Source: Verrucomicrobiota bacterium (GTDB taxonomy: Bacteria; Verrucomicrobiota; Verrucomicrobiia; Limisphaerales; JADLHS01). From it: a stretch of 37,592 bases of DNA. The stretch is from NCBI GenBank assembly GCA_025457745.1, contig JALOTT010000001.1, forward strand, positions 1 through 37,592, read 5' to 3'. Made by a program: the position numbers and the translations under genes. Of the stretch, positions 17,657-26,409 are shown piece after piece (positions within the stretch are counted from its first letter, which is position 1; each line of letters opens with the position of its first letter). Under the pieces are notes generated by a model. The model had not been told where the DNA came from and ran no database searches. It was given only the letters and a program-made list of their open reading frames with translations.

Positions 17657-20482
17657 TCAAAGCTCCTCCAAGCATTGAAGCACAGGTTGCCACGGATGAG
17701 CGACATCCGCCTGCAACGCGCGCAATGGCGTCAGCGCGTCCTTCCAGCAGTGCGACAATGGGGGCAGCAGTGCCTCTTCGAATGTCGGCGGTTCGGGCAT
17801 GCGGGCTTCGACGGCCAACGCACGACCCAGTGCAAGCGCCGCGTCCAACAATGCCGCGCGGGCTTCCTCGACCAGTTCGCCACCGCCGAGCAACCGCGCC
17901 ATCTTGAATTTGCGCGCCGCTTGGGTGCGATGCGTATCAGCTTTGGCGCGTTCCTCGGCGGAGAGCGGCGCGGGTGAATCAGCCTCCGGCTCCGGGAACA
18001 GCGGGCGGTTCGCGCGGGTCGTCACCGAAATCAATCCCGCCGCGGCCAGGCGCTCCAAGGCTTCGTGCGTGGCGCGATCCACTACTTCGAGTTGCACCGG
18101 CGCAAGCGGATCACTTTTGCCCGGGCCGAAAAAGTCCTGATGCAAATCGCTCAACCGTTCGCGCCATTGCGCCGCGTCGCGGTCCACGACGACGTAGAGT
18201 ACCGAGTGCGTGCCGGCGCTGGGATAGCGCTCTTCGCAGTGGAGCAACGCGCCGTTGATCCGCTCGCGGGCCTTGCGGGCGAAACCCAGCGGGCGGTCGG
18301 CGGGGAGCGAGGATTTCAGATTTGCGATTTCAGATTGCAGATCGCCGTCCGGCCCCGTCGCGGCGGGCTTGGCGACGACCAACTGCTCCAGCTTCGCCAG
18401 GAATGCCTGCCGACCGGTGCGCAGTCTGATCTCTTGGAGGTTGCCCTTGAGATCAAGCACGCCGTCGGAAAGCGCCTGCTTGTGCGCCAGTGTTTCGAGC
18501 ATCTTCTGTTCGATGGTTTTTTCGGAGACGAGGTTGATCACCGTCACCGGTTTGGTCTGGTGCTTGCGCCAGGCGCGGGCGATGCGCTGTTCGAGCTTCG
18601 CCGGGTTCCACGGCAGGTCGCAGTTGATGACGACGCTGGCGTTCTGGAGGTTCAGACCGGTGCTGCCGCTGTCGGTGCTGAGAAACACGCGGCAGGCGGG
18701 ATCGTTCTTGAAACAATTGATCTCGGCGCGCCGGCGGCGCTGCGGCACGGTGCCGGTGTGCCAGGCGAAGCCGAGGTCGAGCTTCTCACACAACTCGCGC
18801 ACCAGTTGGAGCATCCGCTCCCATTCGGAGAAGATGATGACCTTGGCGTCGTTCTCGCGACATTCCTCCAGAATCTTTTCCAACTCGCCGAGTTTCGGGC
18901 ACACCTTGTCTTCCGGGTCGAGGATGTAATTGGTGTCGCACGTCATCCGCATCATGTTCAAATGCCGCAGCAGCTTTTCCTGCTCTTGCTGCGTGAGTGG
19001 GCGGCGCTTGGCAAGGTGCGCCAGCCGGGCGACGACGCCCTCGTGGCCATCGTATTCGCCCTGCTGCTGCGGGCTGAGCGGGACGAAATGATTCCGGTCA
19101 GTGCGGTCGGGAAGTTCGGTTTCCACCTCGGCCTTGCGGCGGCGCAGCATGTGCGGCGCGATCCGTTCGTGGAGTTGTCGCAGGTTGCGGTAGCCGGCAG
19201 GCCGCCCGCGGTCGTCCAACTCGTAAAACTCGCGATTGAAACGGAACAACGGGCCGAGCACTGAGGGGTTGAGGAAATCCATCAGCGAATGAAGTTCGTC
19301 AATGCGGTTCTCGATGGGCGTGCCGGTGAGAACGAAGGCGTAACGGCTGCGAAGGCGTTTGATGGCCTGCGTGGTCTTGGTGCTCCAGTTCTTGATGCGC
19401 TGCGCCTCGTCGAGCACAATGATGTCCGGCTGGAGCCGCGCGTTGACTTCCAGCGCGTCGGCCAGCATCTGCTCGTAATTGACGATGGTGAAGAAGGGCG
19501 TCGCGCCTGTCTCTGATTGATTTTCAAGACCGGAAGAGCGAGACAGGCGTGACGCCTGTCCTACGTACGCTTTGAACCGCTGATGCCGCGCACCGAATAC
19601 AAGTTGCAGCGGCAAATCCGTGAAGCGCTGAATCTGCTCCTCCCACTCGGTCTTGAGCGACGCGGGTGTGACCACGAGCACGCGTCGCGCCTGACCCAGC
19701 CGATGCAGCAGCGCGCACGCGGCGATGGCCTGAATGGTTTTGCCCAGGCCCATTTCGTCCGCGAGCAGACCGCGTTCGGTGAAGGCCAGATGCAACATGC
19801 CTTCGCGTTGATACGGAAACAGCGGCACTTTGGTTTCGTGCGCCGGCCACTCGCCGCTGTGCACGCGCAATTCGTAATCGCGCCGCAATTGTTTGCGCTC
19901 CTCGGCCCGCTGCCGCAATTCCAGCCACGGCGCGACTTCCTGCGAAACGCGCAATTCGGGAAAATCCGCCTGCCGCAAGCGCTCCAGCGCCGCCACGGCA
20001 TCCTCCGGCGAGCCGTTTTTCAAAACGCCGCCGGCGTCGAACCATTCGCGCACGGCCTTCGGCAACGAGCCGCTGCCGTTGAGCAAACGCAGCGTGCCGC
20101 TTCCGGCATCCGGCACGAGATCCAGGCGATCCGAACCCTGCTTCGCCGCCGCTTGGAACAAACGCTTGAACCGCCGCTCCAGCAGCAACAGCACCGCCTC
20201 GACGTGCTTGCACGTGCCAAGCCCGTTGATGCGGAAATCCACGCAGTCGCAGGCGAACTGCCGCCCGGCCACGTCACGAATCTCGACCAAATACTTCAGC
20301 CCGCTACGCGACGCGACGCGAAAGTTGGAGAAGATGGGGTGGCGCGGGTCGGTGTTCGCGATGACGAACGCTTCGTCGCGCGCCCGTTGCCGGCGGCGAT
20401 TGATTTCGTCTTCGTCGGTGGTGCGCCAATTGTGGATCGAGGGAATGGTGACTGCGCTGGCGGCTTTAGTTTTCGTTGCCAT
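17657..20482 (-). CDS. SWIM zinc finger-SNF2 family helicase with two repeat-derived insertions
   Basis: CDCVDF...TCKH (SWIM); LADEMGLGKT, LDEAQRIKN, LTGTPIEN, GLNLQ and WNPAKLEQRIARAWR motifs. Confidence 0.93.
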   Translation of the reverse strand: MATKTKAASAVTIPSIHNWRTTDEDEINRRRQRARDEAFVIANTDPRHPIFSNFRVASRSGLKYLVEIRDVAGRQFACDCVDFRINGLGTCKHVEAVLLLLERRFKRLFQAAAKQGSDRLDLVPDAGSGTLRLLNGSGSLPKAVREWFDAGGVLKNGSPEDAVAALERLRQADFPELRVSQEVAPWLELRQRAEERKQLRRDYELRVHSGEWPAHETKVPLFPYQREGMLHLAFTERGLLADEMGLGKTIQAIAACALLHRLGQARRVLVVTPASLKTEWEEQIQRFTDLPLQLVFGARHQRFKAYVGQASRLSRSSGLENQSETGATPFFTIVNYEQMLADALEVNARLQPDIIVLDEAQRIKNWSTKTTQAIKRLRSRYAFVLTGTPIENRIDELHSLMDFLNPSVLGPLFRFNREFYELDDRGRPAGYRNLRQLHERIAPHMLRRRKAEVETELPDRTDRNHFVPLSPQQQGEYDGHEGVVARLAHLAKRRPLTQQEQEKLLRHLNMMRMTCDTNYILDPEDKVCPKLGELEKILEECRENDAKVIIFSEWERMLQLVRELCEKLDLGFAWHTGTVPQRRRRAEINCFKNDPACRVFLSTDSGSTGLNLQNASVVINCDLPWNPAKLEQRIARAWRKHQTKPVTVINLVSEKTIEQKMLETLAHKQALSDGVLDLKGNLQEIRLRTGRQAFLAKLEQLVVAKPAATGPDGDLQSEIANLKSSLPADRPLGFARKARERINGALLHCEERYPSAGTHSVLYVVVDRDAAQWRERLSDLHQDFFGPGKSDPLAPVQLEVVDRATHEALERLAAAGLISVTTRANRPLFPEPEADSPAPLSAEERAKADTHRTQAARKFKMARLLGGGELVEEARAALLDAALALGRALAVEARMPEPPTFEEALLPPLSHCWKDALTPLRALQADVAHPWQPVLQCLEEL
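18312..18342. repeat. 7-bp tandem repeat inside the SNF2 CDS (encodes LQSEIANLKS)
   Basis: GATTTCA GATTTGC GATTTCA GATTGCA GAT; AT-rich relative to the flanking codons. Confidence 0.7.
19491..19565. repeat. REPIN-like element family B, in frame in SNF2 (VGQASRLSRSSGLENQSETGATP)
   Basis: GGCGTCGCGCCTGTCTC ... GAGACAGGCGTGACGCCTGTCCTACG; arms nearly identical to those at 33703-33793. Confidence 0.9.
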
Positions 20483-20580
20483 CACACAATGATTGGCACG
20501 GCGGCGCAACCGTCAACGCTGAGTTGTTTGGGAATGTTCACCGGCTGTTCACCGCCTGCTGACAGCTTGTTGGCCGCGGC

Positions 20581-20603
20581 AGGAGCGCGAGCCGCCGAGT
20601 CCG
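20581..20603. repeat. Intergenic solo arm related to the element at 20918-20981
   Basis: AGGAGCGCGAGCCGCCGAGTCCG; its reverse complement shares CGGACTCGGCGG with 20967-20978. Confidence 0.5.
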
Positions 20604-20917
20604 TTCGGCGGGGAAGTGGTGTGTGCAAACGACGCGGCGGGAGTATGTTCCTGCCATGAAAATCACTTCCCCTCTCTTTGAAGCCTTCCTCAAATGCCCG
20701 AGCAAGTGCCATCTTCGTTCGCTGGGCGAAACCGGTTCTGGAAACGAATACGCTGAATGGGTTCGCGCTCAGGACGAATCCTATCGGCGCGAGGCAGCCC
20801 GGCGATTGCAGGAAGCCGTCCCGGAAACCGAACGTGTCGCTGCCCCACCCGGCATCGAGAGCTTCAAGACCGCCAAGTGGCGGTTGGCGGTGAATGTCGT
20901 CGCACAAACGCCGGACA

Positions 20918-20981
20918 GGAGCGCGGACAGCCTTGTCCGCGAGTCCCAGCCGGATGAAGAAACGCGCGGACTCGGCGGTCC
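20918..20981. repeat. GGAG-type palindromic element (right arm truncated), in frame
   Basis: GGAGCGCGGACAGCCTTGTCCGCGAGT ... ACGCGCGGACTCGGCGGTCC. Confidence 0.75.
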
Positions 20982-20994
20982 TCATCATGAAACT

Positions 20995-21066
20995 CGTAGC
21001 AGTGGACGTGAGTCCGCTCCATCTATTTCTCACGAAAGTCAGAGCCGACTCGCGTCGGCTGCTACG
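20995..21066. repeat. REPIN-like element family C, 72 bp, in frame (RSSGRESAPSISHESQSRLASAAT)
   Basis: CGTAGCAG...CTGCTACG termini; sister copy at 37073-37144. Confidence 0.92.
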
Positions 21067-21268
21067 AACTTGGAATCCCGCCTCCACGCCATCCAGCGGA
21101 TTCCGTCCGAGGGCCGGGGCAGACCCGCGCAATTCATCCCCATCCGCTTCATCTACCGCAACAAGCTCACCAAAGACGACAAGCTGCTGCTGGCGTTCGA
21201 CGCGCTGATGCTTTCCGAAATCCTCGGACGCGAGATCAGCTTCGGCAAAATCATCCACGGCGACCCGC

Positions 21269-21364
21269 GTAGCCGCGCTCGTGAGCGCGCGGACACACTT
21301 GCGGCGAACCCGTCGGAACAGCCAATCGTGCCGGAAGCTTCCGCGCTTTCACAAGCGCGGCTAC
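21269..21364. repeat. REPIN-like element family D, 96 bp, in frame (RSRARERADT...SALSQARLQ)
   Basis: GTAGCCGCGCTCGTGAGCGCGCGGA ... TCCGCGCTTTCACAAGCGCGGCTAC inverted arms. Confidence 0.9.
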
Positions 21365-21450
21365 AGCCACAGGTTTTGAAAGTGAAGACCTCGGCGCTGG
21401 CCGGCGAAGTGCGGAAGCGTCTCGAGAAAATGACCGCGCTGCTCGCCAGC

Positions 21451-21812
21451 CGGTAATAAACACCGTCCTTCGGTGACCGGAGCAATTCGTTCTCGAAGGT
21501 CCAATGTTCAAGGTCCGGCGAACTGTAAACCCGGTGACGGTTGTTGATGCTGAAGCCGGCGCTCTTTCCGTAGGCGGTGCCGTAAAGATAATAACGGCCT
21601 CCGAAGAATTGAAGGCAACCGTCGTGGGCGTCAATGATCTTGCCGGCCACGTCCCGCCGGGGTTCGGCGTTGTTGACGGTGGCCGTCCGAAAATTCTTCG
21701 ACTTCCCCGCCCCGTCTTGGGGTGAGCGCATTGACATGCACGAAGTTGTGAACGCCACCAGCAGGATGACGCACACGAGTCGAGGGCCGTGCGGCTTGGA
21801 AAAATTTGGCAT
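21451..21812 (-). pseudogene. N-terminal fragment of a secreted GH43-family glycoside hydrolase
   Basis: Hydrophobic signal, then RRDVAGKIIDAHDG, YYLYGT, VYSSPDL.HW, GVYYR; after that the frame reads the antisense of the opposing gene. Confidence 0.75.
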
Positions 21813-21914
21813 CACGAGTGGCAGCGATTCAGCCGGGCAATCCCCGAAGCGGAGAGCGCCAAGGTTCCGATGTCGAATACGAGCTTGGCCATGCGAACAG
21901 AGGGGAGACGGACG

Positions 21915-21966
21915 AAAAAACCAGGATGGGAAACCTGTCGCGTGGACCAAGCTTTCCATCCCGGTT
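21915..21966 (-). terminator. Rho-independent terminator after the small Lys-rich ORF
   Basis: Minus strand ACCGGGATGGAAAGCTTG..CAGGTTTCCCATCCTGGT stem (with G-U pairs) followed by a T run. Confidence 0.7.
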
Positions 21967-21977
21967 TGGTTATTGGA

Positions 21978-22019
21978 CTATTTCTTTTTCTTTCCTGCTT
22001 TTTTCTTCTTGGCTGCCAT
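21978..22019 (-). CDS. 13-aa lysine-rich peptide MAAKKKKAGKKKK
   Basis: ATG..TAG ORF with SD-like GGGGGTGA 5 nt upstream and a terminator 11 nt downstream. Confidence 0.55.
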   Translation of the reverse strand: MAAKKKKAGKKKK

Positions 22020-22053
22020 GCGAATCACCCCCATTCATTTTTGTTGGTTTATA

Positions 22054-22072
22054 TTGCATTTGGTTCATGCAA
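22054..22072. promoter_or_regulatory. Candidate operator TTGCAT-N7-ATGCAA upstream of the Lys-rich peptide
   Basis: Perfect 6-bp inverted repeat in an AT-rich intergenic region. Confidence 0.35.
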
Positions 22073-22175
22073 ATCAGTTATAGCTTTTCGAGCTTTTCCG
22101 GTTGTATGAAAAATAACCGCTCGCTGGCAATCATTATTTCTAGGAACTGGACGAAATGTTTTACCCGCCTTTTTT

Positions 22176-23399
22176 CTACGCGCCAAATTTGTCGAACATT
22201 TTTGCGTTGGCCTGCATGAGGCGGATCAAAAACTTCGCCTCGAATACGCCGAGCGAACCGGAGTTTGCGCCGGTCTCGGTGAAACGTTCCAGCTTGTCCG
22301 AGCCGCTCAACGCCGAGTGCAGCAATGCCGGCTGCGGATGCCACGAGTGGCCCTTCACCGCGCACGGTGTCGAGTGGTCGCCGGTGATGGCGAGCACATC
22401 CGGCTTCTTCCGCAGCAGAATCGGCAGCGCAGCGTCGAAGTCCTCGATGGCCTTTTTCTTTGCGGCAAAGTTGCCGTCTTCGCCGGCTTTGTCCGTGTAT
22501 TTATAGTGGATGAAAAAGAAGCCGAAGTTGTCGAACTCGGTCAAATAACGCTCGAACTGCTCGGCGATCGTCTGCGGGCCTTCGATCTTCTTCATGCCCA
22601 CGAGTTGCGCGAGGCCCTTGTACATCGGATATACCGCGAGGCACGCCGGCTTGAGTTTGTAGCGGTCCTCGAACAGCGGAATCTCCGGCTGATGCGCGAT
22701 GCCGCGCATGAGAAAGCCATTGGCCGGCTTTTCTTTTGCGATGATCGGCAGCGCCGCCTTGTAAAAATCCGCGATCAACTTCGCCATTTTCTTCTGCTTC
22801 GCGCTCTTGGGGTCGCGCGGTCTGACGGTCGGGATGACAAAACCTTCGCGGTTCGGGTCCGCGTCGGTCAACGGCCCTTCCAGCCCCTGCCCGCGGAAGA
22901 TAACGACAAAGCGATGTTCCTTGCCGGCCTTGATGATGACCTGGGTGTCGCCGATTTTTTTTACCTTGGCGGCAAGCATCGCGCAAAGCTTCTCGCACGT
23001 CTCGGTCGGAATGCGTCCGGCGCGGCGATCGGTGACGATGCCTTTGGGGTTAAGCGTAGCAAAATTGGCGCGCGCGCATACGTCACCCGGTTTCAGTTCC
23101 ACGCCGAGGCCGAGCGCCTCAATCACGCCGCGGCCCACCTGAAATTCCAGCGGGTCGTAACCAAAAAGTCCGAGATGCCCCGGCCCGCTTCCGGGCGTGA
23201 TGCCGGGCGCGACGGGAATCATGCGGCCCTGCGCGGAATTTCTGGCGAGCGCGTCGAGGTTTGGCGTCACGGCGGCTTCGAGCGGCGTGAGATAGCCTTG
23301 TTCGGGTGTGGCCAGATCGCCCAACCCGTCGAGCACGACGAGGGCGAGCTTGGCGTTGGTTTTCAGTGTCAGTTCGGAATATTGTGCGTCTAAATTCAT
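22176..23399 (-). CDS. apgM: 2,3-bisphosphoglycerate-independent phosphoglycerate mutase (ApgM type)
   Basis: VVLDGLGD, TPLEAA.TPNLD, PGSGPGHL.LFGYDP, DRRAGRI, TDKAGEDG and TGDHSTP...GHSWHP motifs. Confidence 0.93.
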   Translation of the reverse strand: MNLDAQYSELTLKTNAKLALVVLDGLGDLATPEQGYLTPLEAAVTPNLDALARNSAQGRMIPVAPGITPGSGPGHLGLFGYDPLEFQVGRGVIEALGLGVELKPGDVCARANFATLNPKGIVTDRRAGRIPTETCEKLCAMLAAKVKKIGDTQVIIKAGKEHRFVVIFRGQGLEGPLTDADPNREGFVIPTVRPRDPKSAKQKKMAKLIADFYKAALPIIAKEKPANGFLMRGIAHQPEIPLFEDRYKLKPACLAVYPMYKGLAQLVGMKKIEGPQTIAEQFERYLTEFDNFGFFFIHYKYTDKAGEDGNFAAKKKAIEDFDAALPILLRKKPDVLAITGDHSTPCAVKGHSWHPQPALLHSALSGSDKLERFTETGANSGSLGVFEAKFLIRLMQANAKMFDKFGA

Positions 23400-23520
23400 G
23401 GGAAAATCATGCGGCCAAGCGCGCCGCAGCGTCAATGGAAATGCGGGCGTGGTGAAGCGGACTTCAAGCCGGGTGTTAATCTGCCTTGCCTCGCCGGGTC
23501 GCTTGCCGTTTCCTTCTCAC

Positions 23521-23796
23521 ATGAAGCCGGGGCGAACACTTGTGGAACTGGGTGCAGAACGCTGCTCAGATGCCGAACTCTTGGCGATACTTCTCGGCAG
23601 TGGCGGACGGGGTTACTCGGCGCTCGATAGTGCCAACGCTCTGCTGGACAAATACGGCACCTTGGCGGGATTGATGAATCGTCCGCTGGATGAAATCGCA
23701 GAAATCAGAGGCGTCAAAGCTGTGCGTGCGATTCGGCTCGCCGCCGCGTATGAAGTCTGTCAAAGATTGTTGAAAGAAGTCGCACGCGACACTTGA
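23521..23796 (+). CDS. Stand-alone RadC/UPF0758 N-terminal (HhH-like) domain protein
   Basis: GAERCSDAELLAILLGSG, A..LL..YG.L, IRGVK..RA..L.AA.E; no JAB domain; TGATG overlap with the next gene. Confidence 0.8.
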   Translation: MKPGRTLVELGAERCSDAELLAILLGSGGRGYSALDSANALLDKYGTLAGLMNRPLDEIAEIRGVKAVRAIRLAAAYEVCQRLLKEVARDT

Positions 23797-26405
23797 TGAA
23801 AACCCGCGAACTGGCCCAAGCACGCATTGGCAAGGTGAAGCCGCCTGCTTTCGAGCACATCAACCGGCAGATTCCGCCAGAGCCGCACACGGCCATGTAT
23901 GTGTGGCACAAGTATTGGTCGCGCAAGACGTGGAACGTGGTCGGCGAACACATCAAGGCTTACACCAAGGCACATCAAATCGTTTTCGATCCGTTCGCCG
24001 GCAGCGGCGTGGTGGCCATCGAAGCCGCGCGCAACAAACGACGAGCCATCGTGTGCGACCTCAATCCGGTGGCGAGCCACATTGCGGAATTGACGCTGCG
24101 TCCGGTAAACACGCTAAAACTCCTGGAGGCATTCGAGCGCGTTCGTGAGCGCGTGCAGAAGCAGGTCGCCGAACTTTACACCGTTCACTGTTTGAAATGT
24201 GGCAAGCCCTTGATTGCGGATTGCTGTGTGCGCGAAGGCGATGAACTCGTCGAAGTGCGCTACAAAGGTTGTCCCCACTGCGAACATCGTTGCGAAACCG
24301 GCTGCAAGCCCAAGAAGAATGACCTTGAAGCGCTGGCTGAACTCGAAGGCAAGCGCATTAAAGAATGGTATCCGCGCAACAGGCTTTTTTATCCCGATGG
24401 TGAAGCATTCAAGGAAAAACAAAAATACGATTCACTCGACCAGCTATTCACGAAGCGCAACTTACGCGCGGTGGCGATGATTTATGAGGCCATCGAACAA
24501 GAGAGCAGCCCGCAGTTGAGGAAATTTCTGTTCGGCGCATTTACTTCGATGATTCACCTTTGCACGCGGATGATGCCGGTCGGCAATCCTGCGCCGTCCA
24601 ATCATTACACCCATTTCAGTTCTCCCGGCTGGACGCAGCACAGCTATTGGTCCGCGCCGCAGTTCATGGAACAGAATGTTTGGGAAAAATTTGAAGGCGC
24701 AGTGATCGGCCATCAGGGCATCATCAACGCCAAGAACGAAACCAACGAGCTTTTGAGAGACGTGAAAGTCACGGATGACTGGCGCAAAGTTCTTGATGGC
24801 GAAGCCGACATCGCGGTCGTCACGGATGATTGCGTCGAGTTGATGAAGAAAATGCCGGACGAGTGCGTGGACTACATGTTCACCGATCCGCCCTACGATG
24901 CGTCCATTCAGTACGGCGAACTTTCATATCTTTGGAACGCATGGCTGAAGGCGGATTATCGCTACACGGAAAACATTGTGACGCATGAAGTCATCCGCAA
25001 CGAGCGGCAGAAGAAACCGTTCGAGGTTTATCACTCCCTACTCAACAGTAGTTTTCAAGGTTTCTACCGCGTGTTGCGACCGGAGCGTTGTCTGACGCTG
25101 ACGTTTCACAATCCGACGTTCATGGTTCGTAACGCCACGGTACGCGCGGGTGTGTTCTCCGGCTTTGACTATGAACACATTCATCATCAGCCGCTCGGCC
25201 AGGTTTCCGCCAAGGCGATGATGCAACCGTTCGGCAGCGCGCAAGGAGACTTTTATCTGCGGTTTGTCAAAACCGCGCGCCCGTCGCGGCAGATGGAAGA
25301 AATCAGCGAAGATCGTTTTCGCCGCATCGTCATCGAGACTTGCCGCGAAGTCATCGCCAGGCGCGCTGAACCGACACCTTACACGATTCTCATCAATCAG
25401 GTTGATCCTAAACTAGCCAGGCTAGGACTGTTTGGCACGCTGCACACTGGCTTGGACGTGAAAGCCGTTCTCGAAGAAAGTGTGGGCAGAGAATTTGCCT
25501 TGGTTGAAGCAAAACTTGGCGGCGCGGCGGGCAAGCTCTGGTGGTTCGCGGACAGGGCTTTTGCCGCCCGGCTGGAAGCTATCCCTCTCACTGAACGGGT
25601 GGAAGAAACCGTGTTCCGTTGTCTGAATGAGAAAGGCCGCGTCACCTTCACTGAAGTTTGGGACACAGTCGCGCGCGAGTTCCCCAATTCGCTCACGTCG
25701 GACAGCACCAGCATCACTGAGGCATTGGAAATCTATGGCCGCAAGGTCGGCGGCGGAGCGTGGATGCTGAAGGAGGAAATCCGAATTCATTTGGATCGAC
25801 ATAGCGAGTTGATCGCCATCCTCGCGAAGATTGGAGTGGCGCGCGGACACGGCATCTGGATCGGCCAGCGGGAACAGCGCGAGTTGGCAAGCGGGCTTGT
25901 CGAGGAAGTCCGGTTGCGTGATCTGGTCACGGGGAAAGGAAAGCCCGCTGTTTTGAAGGGCGTGAAGAATCTCCGGCCCGTGCTCGACATGGACTTGCTT
26001 TGGCTCAAAGGCGATGAAGTTGTCCGCGCGTTTGAGGTGGAATGCACCACGACCATGACGAGCGGGCTTCAACGCGGCTCAAATCTTCCGACCGATGTGC
26101 CCAAAACCATGGTCATTCCCGAAGAGCGGGAAAATGACTTTGATCGAAAAATGAAGTCGCCGTTGTTCAGCGAGCATTTCGGCAAAGACAATTGGACGCT
26201 CGCCTATTTCAACACGCTCCGCGAAGCCTTCTCCAAGACCAAAGCCAAGACAGCCTTGGAATCCTTGTTCGGCAAAAAGAAAGCCACGAGCCGAGCCCGT
26301 TACGAGAGTAAGCCGGCGGAGAATCAAGCGCTTTTTGAACTTCCCGAAACGGGCCGGGCTACGGCGTCCGCTTACGTGATGAAGGATGACGGTGCGGGCG
26401 ATTAG
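23796..26405 (+). CDS. Amino-DNA methyltransferase with Zn-ribbon and C-terminal PD-(D/E)XK-like domain (putative RM fusion)
   Basis: HKYWSRK, motif I FDPFAGSG, CLKC/CPHC, motif IV TDPPY; C-terminal DLLW...AFEVE. Confidence 0.85.
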   Translation: MKTRELAQARIGKVKPPAFEHINRQIPPEPHTAMYVWHKYWSRKTWNVVGEHIKAYTKAHQIVFDPFAGSGVVAIEAARNKRRAIVCDLNPVASHIAELTLRPVNTLKLLEAFERVRERVQKQVAELYTVHCLKCGKPLIADCCVREGDELVEVRYKGCPHCEHRCETGCKPKKNDLEALAELEGKRIKEWYPRNRLFYPDGEAFKEKQKYDSLDQLFTKRNLRAVAMIYEAIEQESSPQLRKFLFGAFTSMIHLCTRMMPVGNPAPSNHYTHFSSPGWTQHSYWSAPQFMEQNVWEKFEGAVIGHQGIINAKNETNELLRDVKVTDDWRKVLDGEADIAVVTDDCVELMKKMPDECVDYMFTDPPYDASIQYGELSYLWNAWLKADYRYTENIVTHEVIRNERQKKPFEVYHSLLNSSFQGFYRVLRPERCLTLTFHNPTFMVRNATVRAGVFSGFDYEHIHHQPLGQVSAKAMMQPFGSAQGDFYLRFVKTARPSRQMEEISEDRFRRIVIETCREVIARRAEPTPYTILINQVDPKLARLGLFGTLHTGLDVKAVLEESVGREFALVEAKLGGAAGKLWWFADRAFAARLEAIPLTERVEETVFRCLNEKGRVTFTEVWDTVAREFPNSLTSDSTSITEALEIYGRKVGGGAWMLKEEIRIHLDRHSELIAILAKIGVARGHGIWIGQREQRELASGLVEEVRLRDLVTGKGKPAVLKGVKNLRPVLDMDLLWLKGDEVVRAFEVECTTTMTSGLQRGSNLPTDVPKTMVIPEERENDFDRKMKSPLFSEHFGKDNWTLAYFNTLREAFSKTKAKTALESLFGKKKATSRARYESKPAENQALFELPETGRATASAYVMKDDGAGD

Positions 26406-26409
26406 CCCA

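Larger units (their letters stand above)
20656..21456 (+). pseudogene. N-terminal fragment resembling TM0106-like RecB-family nuclease (often fused to IS66-like domains), truncated, with three in-frame palindromic elements
   Basis: MKIT..LFEAFLKCPSKC.L, FIPIRF...NKLTKDDKLLLAFDAL.LS, GKIIHGD; stops abruptly at the junction with the GH43 fragment. Confidence 0.6.
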
